The notes beneath the pieces are model-generated. The model was not told where the DNA came from. It made no database searches and worked only from the letters and a program-made list of their open reading frames with translations. Below, one piece after another: positions 36,488 through 50,613 of a stretch of 64,000 bases of DNA. Position numbers and translations under genes: made by a program. The stretch is from Monocercomonoides exilis PA203 (Eukaryota > Protista > Preaxostyla): NCBI GenBank assembly GCA_001643675.2, contig LSRY02000022.1:1178001-1242000 (forward strand), given 5' to 3'. Position 1 is the first letter of the stretch, and each line of letters starts with the position of its first letter.

Positions 36488-39400
36488 TCAAGACTCCGAT
36501 TGTCCACAGGTTTCGTTGTTATCATTGGCTACTTGTTCATCGTCTGATCCTTCTTCATCGATAATGGCATCTGAAATTGTGATCAGCACTGCATTTGATG
36601 GGAAGCACTGGATAAAGTGACGCTTCAGATCAGCCAATGTGGGTCTGTCTTCAGAATTCCCCGAAGTGCACGAAATAACTGCTTGCAAATGTTTTGAGCT
36701 TTGAATTGCATCCAAACTTGGTCTCTCTCCTTTCACGATCTTATCTCCAGCTATTTCTGCTTCATACTCCCCAAACGGAATATCCAATGTCAAGCACTCC
36801 CACAGCATCATCCCTATCGAGAATGAGACAGATTCTTTTGTCGCTCCCATCTTCTTGTTGATAAGCAGCTCAGGCGCCTTCCACCTCAAACACTCTTTTT
36901 TGAAGCTATCTTCATCCTCAAAAGCTGATGAGGGAAGAGAGTCATCCTCATCATCACTGGCAGATGTCACAACGGTTGATGATGAGATAGAGGATGAATC
37001 TGTATCATCTGATAAAAGGTCTGAATGCATCACAATGCAAATGACCATATGCTCGGAGAACAGCACAATGTGGGGACTCAAATTGGCTAATGATTGAAGG
37101 GGATTTTCCATTTCATCAAATGAGTGGAGAGCAAGGTTAGCCACCCAGAACAGGATCTGGGCAGCTGTCTGTTCCCTCTCTTGAAGACTTCCAATCGCCA
37201 TCTCCTTCTTCTCGTTCCTCCCATGGAGCAGCATGAACAAAGAATCCCTCAGATCCACAATCAGCTTTTCATGAGGAGACGAGCAGGCCATTGCATCCAC
37301 CAGATTCGACATTGATGATGTGGTTGGACAAGCATCTTCCATGCGAACAAATGTGGATTCTGTATCTGAAGTGTCTGCGGTTGAAGTGGATGAAATGGAT
37401 GGAGATGATGTTCTCTTTCTCGAAATGTCATCTTCTTCCTCAACTTTCTCCAGCATCCATTCTGGAATCTTGTCTGAATCTTTCCCCAGGATGTATTCAG
37501 TAGATCCACTCTCAGACAGAAGATGCTCTGACGACTCAGAATGTTCCATATTTGAATCATACACTCTCTTCTTTATCCTTTCCTCATTCTTCTTCTCAGC
37601 CTCTCTTTCTGCTCTCCTCCACTGCTCTTCTGGAGACATCTCCATCGTCACCATCTCAAATGCCTTCGGATCCTTCTTCACTGAATCTTCAACAATCACT
37701 TCCAGTTCCTCTGTTCTTCTCTTTTGCTTTCTCCATCGAACAGTTGAAATCACTGCAATTATCAGAATAATCAAAAGAACAACAGCCATTATAATTACAA
37801 TTACAGGCCATATTGATTTCCCTTCTTTCTCTCCTTCAACAATCTTATCATCTCCGTTAACCATGGGCTCACTTCTATTCTTCAAAACAACAGATCTTGT
37901 GTGTGATGGAGCAGTCACACTGCCAAACATCACAAAACATGATATTTCAATTTCCTCATCTGCTTCTATCACATTCAACAGAGGAATCCTTGCATGCGCT
38001 TCCTTCTCCCACACAAATCCCTCTTCATCAAACTCATATCCCTCAGTCGCTTCTTCATCACCTCTCCTGAAAATCATCTTCAGAGATAGATTGCACGGGA
38101 GCAGAAGCTCTCCCTTTGCGATGAGATGCATGTTCTCTCCTTCTTCTTTCATCTCCACCTCTTCCAGCTCTGGGATGAACAGCGGTGATGCTCGCTCAGC
38201 TGCAATCCCCAGCAAACTGCACCCTTCTTCCAGAATCCACAGTGAGCTGTTCTCTTTCGCTCCATCTCCCCCTTTTAAGCTCCTCAAATCCACCTCTCCG
38301 CCTCCGCCACACCGAACATTCCTCCGAACAGACACATATCCGGCAATGTGCACTTTGTTCTCCACAAACTCTCCTTTCTCCACTCTCACTTTCCCGCCAT
38401 CCACCAACAACCCTCCAGCTCCACTTTTTTCCACTCTCGTATCCCTCATAACCCCAGCACTCCCTTTAAGCTCAACCACTGACCCATTCCATTTACACAC
38501 CTCGCTCAATCCAAACAAAACTTTTTCCTCCTCCTCACTTCCATTCTCCTCGCTCCCTTTCCCACCATAGAACAAACATGAAACAATCTTCATGTCAGTG
38601 CAATGCCCAAACAGAGCAAGCTCCCCCTGTCTTTTCCCCTTCCACTCATTCACAAACGTGCTGTTGAACACCTCCACCAAACACCCTCCAACATCAAGCT
38701 CTGCAATTCTCCCTTCTTCATCTCCAAACGACACATTTCCCAGCGAGCAAAGCAACACTTCGCAGCTGCCCATCCCTTCCTGCCTTCCACCTGCCTGCCA
38801 GCTCAGCCCCATTGCACGCCTCCCCACCTTCACCTCTTCCACTTTCAGCCTCTCAAATACAACATTCCCAGACATCCCAACCCCTTCCACCTCACAGACA
38901 CACTCCACTTCCAGCTTAGCCACCTTCACATCAGAAATATACACCTCAGCCCCCGATGCCTCGATCAGAGTCAGATGCATTACTGAAGCATCTGCTCCTT
39001 CCACTGGGCTGAACTCGCATCCTTCCAACGACACACTCCCCTCTGTGCATCCAAACAGAACACAATGCCCTCCTTCCATCATTTCTGCAAACCGGAATGC
39101 CAACAGCCTCATCTCCACTGCTCCTCGGCACTCAACCACCCTCCTCCTCTCCCCCTCAATCTGCCCAGCAATCGCCATCTCTGCTGCTGCCCTTCCTCGC
39201 GACAACACACTCACCTCCTCAAACACCATCTCACGATCCACCACACTCTTCCCATCCACAATCAGCCTGCTGTCCACCTTGTGCGACACATGCGTCAGCC
39301 CATACCCGACACTCAGGCACGGCTGCTCCACAATCCCACACTGCCGTTTGTCCTCACCGTTCCTCCCTTCCGCAGAACTCACAATAATCGTGTCTGCCTG

Positions 39401-42400
39401 ATACACAAGAATCAGATCCAGCAGATCCATTGGCTCCCTCGACTGCTCGCTCCGGTCAATCCCCAAGATCGCATTCTGCCGCACAAACACATCCTCGTCA
39501 AAGCTCATCCGGAAGTGCGTCTCGTTGATCTGCCTCCGCAGATTGTCGCACTCCACAAACACATCCCGCCCTGCAAACGCTGTGTTCGCCTCAAACTTCT
39601 TCGGAGCAATCAGCATCCCCAGCTTCCCTGCCCCGTCTGTCCGCACATACATCCCACCTCCCCGCCCCTTCTCAGTCGAGCAACCGCATTTCTCCACCCT
39701 GCACCCTCGCAGCCCATACCATCCTTCTGCCCCGACCTCCACAAAAATCGCTCCTCCTTTCTCATTCCCAGCCCCTTCACACCCTATGAACACACAATTC
39801 ACCAGCTCCAACCCCTTTCCCATCCAGTCCAAATAGCTCACTACCCGGCTTCCATCTCCTGCTCCCTTCACAAACTCAAACTCTGATCCATTCACCACCA
39901 GTCCCCGCTCTTCGCTGTTCCTCTCCTTTTGCTGCTTTCTCCCTCCTGCTTCCACTCCAAGGTCTGCTCTTGATATTGTTGATGCTGATGAAGCAACCAC
40001 CTCAATCACACTCCCCGAGCTTATATTGCACGAGCTCATTTTCATCTCCCTCACCTGCACAGACACTTCGTGGCTCGCAACAATCATGCTCTTTCCTGCT
40101 GACACCGAATCTGCTCGAATATCCTCCAGCACCATCTGCCCTCGAACTGCCTGCACAAACGATACCTCCATTACGCTGTCTCGCCCACCATCCCACGATA
40201 GCTCACATTCCTTCATCATCAGCACCCCACTCCTGCTGGTTATCAGAGACCCTTCTTCGTTTGCAAATCCTGCCATTGCACTCAATGCAAGATATGACAG
40301 CTCCAGATTTCCCTCTCCTTCCAGATGCCCGCCCTTCCCTCCTTCCCCCATCCCGAACACCATTTCACTTTTCACCCTCTTTTCATCCCTTCCTCCAAAA
40401 GACACCACTTCAAAGTCTCTCACCTTATACTCCTCACTAATCTCGCTCTTTTCCCCAATCACCATCTTCCTCTTTCCCTGTCCCGCCTCCATCTGCCCCA
40501 TCGCCTTCCAGAACGTGTGGCACGGATCTGCCTCGCTTCCACATCGCTTCACATCATGCCCGCTCCACGACACATGCACTGTCCAGTTTTCATATCCAAC
40601 CAGGAATCGGAACAAATCTGTATCCTTGTGGATCCCATCGCTCCCAACAAATAGGTTGCTGTCTTTCTCCATCTCACCAAATTCAAACACAAATGTCTCC
40701 TCATTTACACTCCCATTCAGATCAACACACTCCAGATACACATTCTTCCCCTTCCATGCTTCATTTCCCTCAAACACAACTCCTCGCAGTGTCACCAGGG
40801 ATGCACTCCTCGCTTCGCTTCCATTTACATGCACAAACCCTCCTCTTCCTTCGCTCACAGAACATTTGCATCCCGTTGCATTCATGCTTCTCAACACAGC
40901 CTTCTCTTCTCCACTCAGCTCAATCTCCATCACTCCCCCTGCTCTGCTTCCCTCACTTGCAATACCATCCGCCTCCAAGCTCTCCACAACAACACTCGAA
41001 TGCACAGCAAATGGCACATTCTCAAACGATGCTCCCCTGACAGAGCAGTTCTGCACATTCAGCATCCCCTTCAGCGTGCTCACAACCCTGTATCCAACAA
41101 CCCCGCTCTCTCTCCACTCAAACCCCACATTCGAAACATTCACCACCCCGCCTTCTGTTCCCAGAACCATGCTTTGCCCACTTCCAAACACCTGCGGAAG
41201 ACTTATCACAAACATTCTCACACTCAGGCGCTCACCACTCCACATCACAGCGTCATATCCATCGCTCTTCAGCTCCGATTCAACATGCATCTTCGCCTGC
41301 TTTGCTTCTTCTGTCTCAGGCCCACATATATTTGTTCCTCGCTCAAACACAAAGCAGTCACTCACCACACATCTATCGCTCACCACAACCTTCTGCTCTT
41401 CTTGCACACTCTCTTCCTTCAGATGCCCAATCCCACACCAAAGCGTCTCACATGCAATCTCCTCTTTCCCACACCCCAGAACATCCATCCCGCGCCCTTC
41501 CGACACATGCACCTCATCTCCGCTGAACTTCACCAGAAACAGAAGCAAATCAACACTCTCCCTTGCAAATCTTCCATTGTCCCTCCCTCGCAGCTCCACT
41601 TTGCTTTCCCCAGCTTCACCCACAAGCTCCATCTCAAACCGTTTCGGAAGGACTGTTGCATTCAAATCCTCACACACTACAAACATATCTGCCCCTTCCC
41701 CTGCCCTGTTCCTCTCAAACATGCACCCCTTCACCACAAAGCAATCTGCCCTGCTCTCCCCAACAACACTCATATACATCCCTCCTCCTTTCCCTTCATT
41801 CCCCCTTGCATCGCATCCCTCAAATGTGCTGTTCTCAATAACAACTACTCCGCCTTCTGCAACCTCACACTTCAATCCTCCTCCATCCCCTTCTTCAGAT
41901 ATACACGCTGAAAATAGCGAATTGTTTCCCACTCTGCATCTCTTCCCTCGCTTCACAACAACCCCGCTCCCCATCCCCATCTCGCATCTTTCCATCGTGA
42001 TCCCACTCATTTCCATCTCCGATCCCTTCTCTCCAACAATCATCCCTTCTTCATTTGTCTTCACATCCTCCACCGTGACAAACCCCAGCTCCACTCTTCC
42101 ACCCTCCACATTCACAATCCCTCCTCCACAAAACTCAATCCCTCTCACTGTCACACGCTCAATCTGCATCTCTCCGCCTTTCACACTCCCCACCCACACA
42201 CCAGCCACTGAAGATCCACTTCCTTCCTCGCTTTCTTCCCCTTCAAACTCGCAGTCAACAATCATCACAACCCCAACACTCATCTCCACAAACTCTTCCT
42301 TCTCTGACTCTGCTGGCAGCCTCACAACAAGCTTGCTCAGAACAAGCGATGCTTGCTCCCCTCCTTCCACAACCTCCACATGCCCCATCCTCCCAACATT

Positions 42401-45400
42401 CATCACCCCCTTCGTGTTACTTCCCCGAATCGTCAGTGACTTCCCATGCCGATTGATAGAACCATTCAGCGTTGCCTCGCTCTTCACCTGCAGCACAAAC
42501 TTCGTCTCCCCCATCCGTCCAAACCCTCGCTCCACTGTGTCACACGGCGTCTCTGAAAACCCGCACACATCATCACTCCTTCCTCCTGCTTCCACAAACA
42601 CCACCTCGTCCAGCGATGGATACAGATACACAAATATCGATTGGCTCACATCCACTGCTGGCTCTCCATCAACCACCCACAATCTCTTTCGCGCCTCTTC
42701 ATCCTCCTCTTCCCTCGTCGTCCCACTCCAATACTGCACATTCAGCGCAACTCGCGGCTCTGTACACACCACAAACACATCCCGCCCTGCACTTGCCGAA
42801 TTCTCGCTGAATCCCATATCCTTCATCCCATATTTCATCTCCACACTCCGGAACCACACATACATCCCTCCTCCAAACCCGCTCTCTGATGGAGCCAGGC
42901 ACCAGCTCACTGTGCTCTCCTGGCACAGCAGAGTCCCTCCCGCAAATACCTCCACATAGCACCCTCCCCCTCTGATCCCTCTCCCTGTGCTCCCCTCTGT
43001 CAGCGTGCAGTTCTTCATATCCACCACCTTCCCATTCCCCACCTTCCACACCATCATCCCCCCATTCCCCATCCGGCGCTTCATCTGCCTCACACTCACA
43101 TTCCTCATCTTCAACGAGCACTTCTCTTCCACCACAACCACACCGCTGTCCTCCTGCTCTCCACCCACCACACTCGAGTTCCCTATCACCACTTCTTCTG
43201 CCTTTCTCCCAACAACAAGTCCAGAGGCACCAACTGTTTTCACCCCCTCAAGCTCCATCCCCTCAATCGCCCCACATACCCCTTCCCCATCAAACTCCAT
43301 CAGCCCTTTCCCTTCAAACTCAACATTTTCAACACTCAGCTCCTCCACACTCACCTTCCCTCCAATCACCACAACAAACGAATACATGCACTTTTCTCCA
43401 CTCACCCTCATCTTCATCCCGCATTCCCTCAGTGTCAGCTCCTTCTCTTTGCACACAAACAGACTCTTTCGCTCACACTCAAAACTCGAAGGCACACAAA
43501 ACACCACCCGGCTCACCCCAACACCCTTGTTCACCTCAATCAGCCCATCCCCTGCCTCACTTCCATCCTTCTCAACAATAATCTCCCTCTTTCCCTCTCC
43601 TCCATTAATCTCCATCTCTCCTTCTCCTGCAAGCACCATCCTCTCCAAAAACACAAACGATTCCTGCAGCACCACATCAGCCTTCCCCTGCACACTTCGC
43701 ACCTCCCCCGCAAACCCAATAGTGCTGCACGGATACCACTCATACCCGCAAAGCGGATAGTCAACCCCACTTTCTCCTCCCACATACACCGGAGCCATCC
43801 ATTCTCCCACAAACACTGCAAGCGGAACTGTCATGCTCCGCTCAACATCATACCCCTCAAACTCTCCCAGCCTTCCTTCCTCTCCAGGCATTTCCAGATC
43901 CATCTTTTCTCTTCTGACCAGTTTCACCAGATCCCATCCCTTAACATACACATTGTCCCCTCCACTCGCCCCATGGTTCTTTTTCTCTCCTTCCTCAAAT
44001 TTCACCCCAAACACTGAAAAGTCGCTCCCTCCATTCACACACTCCAAATACATCCCTCCCCCATATCCTCCTTCTCCATCCCCTTTCTCTGCCTCACACA
44101 TCCTCATCACTGTCTCTGCCTCTGTCTCTGTGCTTCCCACACTCAATGATCCGCTCCCACTCACCTCAACCCACATCCCTCCTCCGTTCCCTCTTCTCGT
44201 TTTGCATCCTTCAATTTTCACCTCACTCACCACTGCCACCTCCCCATCCCCAACAGCCATGCTCACTATTCCTCCATCTCCTCCCTCAATCACCACTCCA
44301 CTGAACGAACTGTTCTTCACCTCCACCAACTTTCCATGTCGATCCCCAACCACGCCACACCCAGTGCTGCTCCACCCGCTCACACTGCAATTCCTCATCT
44401 TCAGCTCACCCTTTCCCAAACACTCAAACATCCCCTTTGCCCCTTCCCCTCCAACCATGCTCGCCTTCATCCCCCTCACCTCCGCACATCCTCCACTCCC
44501 AACAACAACACCCCCAAACGTGGAAAACACAACCGAGCATATCTCCATCTCAACCACCGTCAACGAACCTCTTTCCACCACAAACAGTCCAAACTCACAA
44601 TGATCCACGTTCTCATCACGGACAGCTTTGCACTCCTCAAACAACCCACTCGCTGTAACAAACCCAATCAAAAACACTCCCTCCTTAATTCCATTCAGTG
44701 TTTCCTCCAGCACAAACTCAAGCTTCCGCATCTCCACCGCTCCTAGCACCTCAACCATCCCACTCCCTCCGCTCCCATCCCCAACCATCTTCATCCCCAC
44801 TCCTTTCACAGAACCCCTCACAACATATCCATCCACACTGTCCAGCACAAGATCCTCATCCACACTCACCCCAGACACAATCTCCACCATTTTCTGCTTT
44901 CCCACAATCCGCCCCAGCGAATACCCCACACTCCTGCACATGTAGCTCCTGAACCCACACGCTGTCGTGTCTGTCCCGCTCTCCGACACATACACAGCCA
45001 CAGGAGGTGCCAGCAGATAATACCCCAGCGGGATCACAACATTTTGCTCTGCCTCCTCAACTCCTTCCATCTCGTTCACATCAAGCTCCTCTCCAACTGC
45101 TTCAAAGAATGGCAGTCGCTCCAAAACAATGCTCTCTCGCAGCGATGGAGACACCACAAACACATTCCTCCCATGCTCTGCCCTGTTATCCTCAAACACT
45201 GGCTGCTTTATAACAAATTCAGATCCAACACTCTCCAGCACCAGATACACTCCGCCTCCTTTCCCTTTCTTTCCCATCACTGGTGCAGTGCACCCTCCAA
45301 ATGTACATTGCTCCAAACTCATCTGGCTCGTCTCTCCCACCTCTCCATACACCCCTCCTCCTCCTCTCTTTTCCATCTCCACCCCACAATTCCTCAGTGT

Positions 45401-48400
45401 GCAGTTGAACATCACAACTTCATTTGTCTTCCCAGCCTGCCTCTCAACATGCACACCACACCCGTCTCCACTCACCTTCTCCATCCCCGTGATGTTTGTG
45501 CTCTCCACCCGAACACTCCCGCCCCCTCCACACCACACAGCACTGCTGCTGCACTCGCCTACAGCCTCCACTCTGCTGTTCTGCATCACCAAGCTCCCCA
45601 TCTCCCTCACTGCAAATATCCCCTCCTGTGTGCCGCTCCTTGTCCCACTCACCACTGTTCCATCAACGAGCCCGCTTGTCCCACTCCCACACACACTCAG
45701 CAGCCACCCTTCCCCAAACACAACACCACTTGCACTGAACCGCGTCATGTTCACCTTGCCACCAACCACCACACAGAAACTGTATCCAACAGCCACTCCT
45801 GCCCTCTCGCTCACCACTCAACAGTCATGCAGCACAAGCTCCTTTTCTGTGCAGCACACAAACGATTGGCTCCCTGAAAGACTCCCGCAAAGACTGAATG
45901 TGATATTGGTGAATCGCGTCGAGATCCGTGTCTCCACCAGCCCACATCCCTGTGCTGCTCCACCCCCAGCCACTCTGATCTGCGTCCCCTTGCTCTTCAC
46001 AGACACCTCATACCCATTCCCCTCAAACACCATCCCTCCCTCAAACTCATACGGCTGCTCCAGCTGCATCCGCCGCACTGACGATCTGAAATGTGTCGCC
46101 TTTGCATACTCCATTGTCGAGCACGGTGCCATCCCAAATCCACACATCACGTGATCCACGCCTGCCCTGCCGCTCACAACCACAGTTGTCGGAAATGTCC
46201 GCCAGAACAGAACAATCGGCACAGCTGCTCCTATCTCCCTCGCATCAAACCCCATCACCTCCTCCAGATTCCCCTCATCCACTGCAAACCCAAACCTCTC
46301 CTTTTCACACATTCCCCCAAGTTCTGCTCCAACCACAAACACATTCTTCCCATGCACCCCTTCATTCTCCCACATCTTCACCATCACAAACATAAAATCT
46401 CTTCCCCCTCCTGCACAGTCGATCATCATCCCTCCCCCAACCCCTCTTTCTTTTTCCCTCTTCTCTGCTCGACACTTCCCAAACTCTGTTGTAGTTGTCT
46501 TTGCACTCGAGTTCCCAACAATCACAACCCCGCCTGGCTGCAACCTCACCATCAATCCCCCACCATTCCCATCTCTGCACGCACACCCAACCAACTTCCA
46601 TTCCATTACCTCCAGACATTCTCCATCCCCAACCCTCACATCCATCACTGACCCATTCCCTTCATTGCGCACAACCCTGTCAAACTCTGTTCGCACAAAC
46701 TCCACATTCCCAACAGACCCACACACAACCATCGCAGTGCTCCTCAGCTCGATGTTCGCAAACAAGCAGTCTGCAAACTTCGCAACCCCATCGCTCACTT
46801 CCACAAATCCCACCTGAAATGGGTTTGCCTGTGCTTCTGACTCGCTTTGAAACACACACTCCTTCGCCTCCACAACTCCCTTTCCAGTCATCTTCACCAC
46901 ACTCGATCCTGCCGATGAGCTCGAGTTGTGAATCACACTGAACTTGCTCATCCTCAATTCTCCACTTGTCACTTCAAACAGCCCAGACCCTGCCGTCACC
47001 CTCTCAGATATCACTTTCGAGTTGTCTCTTCGATCCCCATCAAACACCATTGTGCATTCCCCAACATTCACACTCATTTCTCGGTATTCTCCCTCCACCA
47101 CTGTTATCTTCCGCCTCTCTCTCACACTCAGCGCATGCTTCACTGTTTTGAACGGCCTTGTGCGATCGCCCCACCCGGCTGTGTCTTCTCCTCTTCTCCA
47201 GCTCACATACAACTCTGCAAACGAATTACTCGCTGATGGTGGACTTGGCAGCCATACGGTTTTGTTCACTCCGCCAGCTGTGGCTCGGAGATTGGTACTT
47301 GTTGAATAACAACACTTAACATCTTCATCTTTGATAATTCCGATCCAAATATCATGAATCGAAATATCAACTCCAGCATTTTCCACATTCAACGAATTAC
47401 CACTGAAAAATAGGAAGGCAATGCATGCATCAATTGGACTTCCTGTTTGATGATAACTCAAAGCTCCTAAATAATTGGCATGACAATTGCTGATCATGCA
47501 ATCACTTGTTAATGGATTTCCATAGCCTGACCAGTAGTTGAGTCCTCCAGCATTGATCGAAGCATTTCCATTCTTTATGATGCAAGAAGAGACTGTTCCA
47601 GACTTATCTTCGTAAATGCTAAGAGAACTGTAAAACTGCGCAGAGCAATTCAAAATGCAGCAACATTTAACTTGATAATTTCTTGATCCTCTTAAATGAA
47701 TTCCTCCACAGACATAAGAACAATTTGAATTTGATGCATTTGTGTCAAAAATTGTGATGTTCAATATGTTTCCAATAAAAGCGCATCCTCCATGATATAT
47801 GTAATTTTGATTTTCATTTCCACAAGAGCATTCATTGAACCAACATCGCAATAATTCGCATGTTGTTGATTCACCAGAAATTGTAAGAGCCCCACCGCTG
47901 TTTGTTGGCGATGTGCATTTGAAGAAACAGTCAATCATTTTTATGTCTCCTTCATTAAACACTTTTCTTTCATTGAATGTCTGGTTTTTCTCTTCGACTG
48001 CACTGTTGGCACAGCCCACATATGATGTATTTTTGCAGCTGAACGAAATCCTCGATGGTGCCACCACTGTTCCGTAATATGGCTGGAAGCAGTCCACAAA
48101 ATAACTGCTTGACACTTCACATGTCTCTGTGAAAAGCTTCAGTTCTTCCTGTTTTCTATTTTCTGCTCTTCCTCTTGTGATGTTCTTGAAGTTGCTTTCT
48201 ATCACGCTGACATATCCAAACGATCCACCACACAAAAGTGAAGACTCTTTCATTCCAATTATCGCATCAACAAATACAGATTCTCTCAAAACAAACTCCA
48301 AATACTCTTTTCCTTCAATCAGCGGTGCCTCCAGGCAACCAAAGTCTCTTGTTGGTATCATTGAAACATTTTCCATAATTGCCTTCCCGCTTCCAACTCC

Positions 48401-48799
48401 AAATGACTTTTTGCTCAGATCCATCCCTCCAATTTCACAACCAAAAAGCTCTATCAGCGACCTGTCGTTCGCTTTCAAAGTATAAGCATTCTTTGAACAT
48501 TCAATCACCAATCCTTCAAAGTGCACACTCGAATTCTTCACCACAAAAATTCCCTTTTCTTCGCCTGGTGGGACAACTTTCGCAACCTTTAGCATTTCAT
48601 TCTTCATAATATCTCTCAAAAATTTGTTTCTTATTCTTTCATTTGCAGACACAGAAGCAAATTCTGAACCGATCGCATTCGTCTTTTTTTCGATTTCATT
48701 GAAATCAGTCATTGACTGATTATCAGATGAGTATCTTCCTTTCCCTTCTGTTGATGAAACAATGGCGATCACAAAGATTGCAATACCAAAAATGATCAT
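36488..48799 (-). CDS. Giant type I receptor: signal peptide, 8 beta-helix (Pmp/pectin-lyase-like) modules, TM, pseudokinase; single in-frame TGA at 45818-45820
   Basis: The 1030-aa and 3109-aa ORFs abut in one frame. Likely ATG at 48799 (MIIFGIAIFVIAIVSS). Repeated V.VS..G.D...CG....PC, GGG(V/M)Y and F..N.A..G..VFV motifs. TM IWPVIVIIMAVVLLIILIIAVI. LRWKAPE and SIGMMLWE present, HRD and DFG absent. Possibly a pseudogene. Confidence 0.8.
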
Positions 48800-50613
48800 T
48801 CCTTTATCTTTCTTCAAAATCAGAAACAAGAGTTTTAAAAAATAAAAAACGGAAAACTGAAAAATAAAATGGGTGGGATCATGCCTTTTTCTGTATCTTG
48901 TCAATTTCATTGATTTCTATCTTTCGTTCCATTCCATTTGCATTTTCATATAATCGTTGCTTCAAACTTTTTTTTTTGAATTTCTTTTAAATTTATGTGA
49001 TTTTCTCTCTTCGAAAAAATCATTCCATTCTTCGTTTGGCTTTTGTAATATTCATTTTAATCGAATTCCTCGAACAGGCATCTGAATATCTATCAAAAAT
49101 AACACAATAAAATTTATTAGTTTTTCTGTAAAAAATGAATTGCTTCAAAACAGACTTTGAAATCAAAAAAATTCTGGAGATAGCAAAAATACAATGTTTG
49201 GCTTGCGGAACATTTTGAACAACAATTTGCACTTTTTGATTTCTGTATTTTTTTTCATTTTTAGTGTTGCAATCAGTGTGAATGGAAAGGAATATCAATT
49301 GGATATGCATGTTCGTATTGCTTTCCAGCTCTTTTGAGATAGAATGAGGACTAGGAAAGTCTCTGTTTCTCCTCCAAATCAAATCTTCACTTTATTGTTC
49401 TACGCGTTCAATCGATGATCATAGAAGATTGCTCGAATCTGTTTGAAACTTTTTGAGAATATGTCATGTTCTCGTTCTTTGATGCTGACACTTTTTTGCT
49501 CCAGTCAAACTCATATGCAATCAATTCGTGAAAAATATTATGAACAGATTAGGCTGATAATTTTAAGAAATTCAAATAAATATTCAAGTGTAATTTTCAT
49601 TATTGCGAAAGTTCGCGAAGACATCTCAAAATAATTTTTCATTTCATGGATTTATTTCTGATAAAAATCCTTTTGTTCCAATTTGTAGCATCAATAGTTG
49701 TAGCTGCCGTGAGTGTAGGCGCAACTTTCCTTTTGAATGCCTATGCAAATGAAATGTGTGAGCGTCTGATCTTTCAAGATGAAGTTCAATTCTCTTGATA
49801 TTATTGCTTTGTCCAAGTGTTCGCTGAATAAACGATTAAATCAATAAAACAACTCGATGCGCAAAGACACATATCTTTTCTGTTTCGGTTTTTAATTCGT
49901 TATGCAAATTTGAAATTTGTGTGCAGAATTCAAGGCATGAATAAATATTGTCATTTAATTGTTCCATCAAGCAGTTTTCAAGCAAACCCTTCCGAAAAGT
50001 GTTGTAAGAAAAATATGAGTAACATAAAATCTGGCTAACTTTGTTTTTGCGTACTTGCTGCTCTTGAAATAAACGATTTACATTTTGAGCTTTACCCATT
50101 GCAAAATTTTTCATCATTGATATTTCAATTTTGGTGAATAACCAGTCATTTGTTCTTCTAAGAAGTATAGCGTTTGTTACCGTTTAATAAGTGTGCATGT
50201 ATTTCTCATTTCCTGCTGTGTTTTAAATGCTATGTTTCTGCAAACTGTTCTATTTGATTAACTTGTAATTTCACATTTCTGCAGAGTTGCACAATGAAAT
50301 TAGCTTGAAATGCATCGTACAAATTCACATTAAAATGTACGTGAAGGTAGTTGTGAAACAAAAATTTGTATTGAAATATATTTTATGATTAATAATAGTT
50401 AAACATTTTTCAAGCAAATGAAAAAAATCAATTCCAGCGATATTTAAAAATGAACAACAAAATGATTCAAATCTTATATCTTTTACTAGTAGTAGCATCT
50501 GTCATGAAACAAACAAACAAACAAATAAATAAAAAAAGGAAGAAAACATTAAGAAAACATGTTTCTCAATCAATCATCTTTTGAAACACCAAATAAACTG
50601 TGCATTAACAAAG

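Noticed and set aside
37320-47309. Many long plus-strand ORFs (e.g. 40026-42959, 977 aa)
   Set aside because: Antisense shadows of the receptor gene caused by codon skew; P/S/T/H-rich with no domain motifs.
49020-50600. Short ORFs between the receptor and kinase genes
   Set aside because: No motifs and no consistent exon chain; treated as intergenic or decayed DNA.
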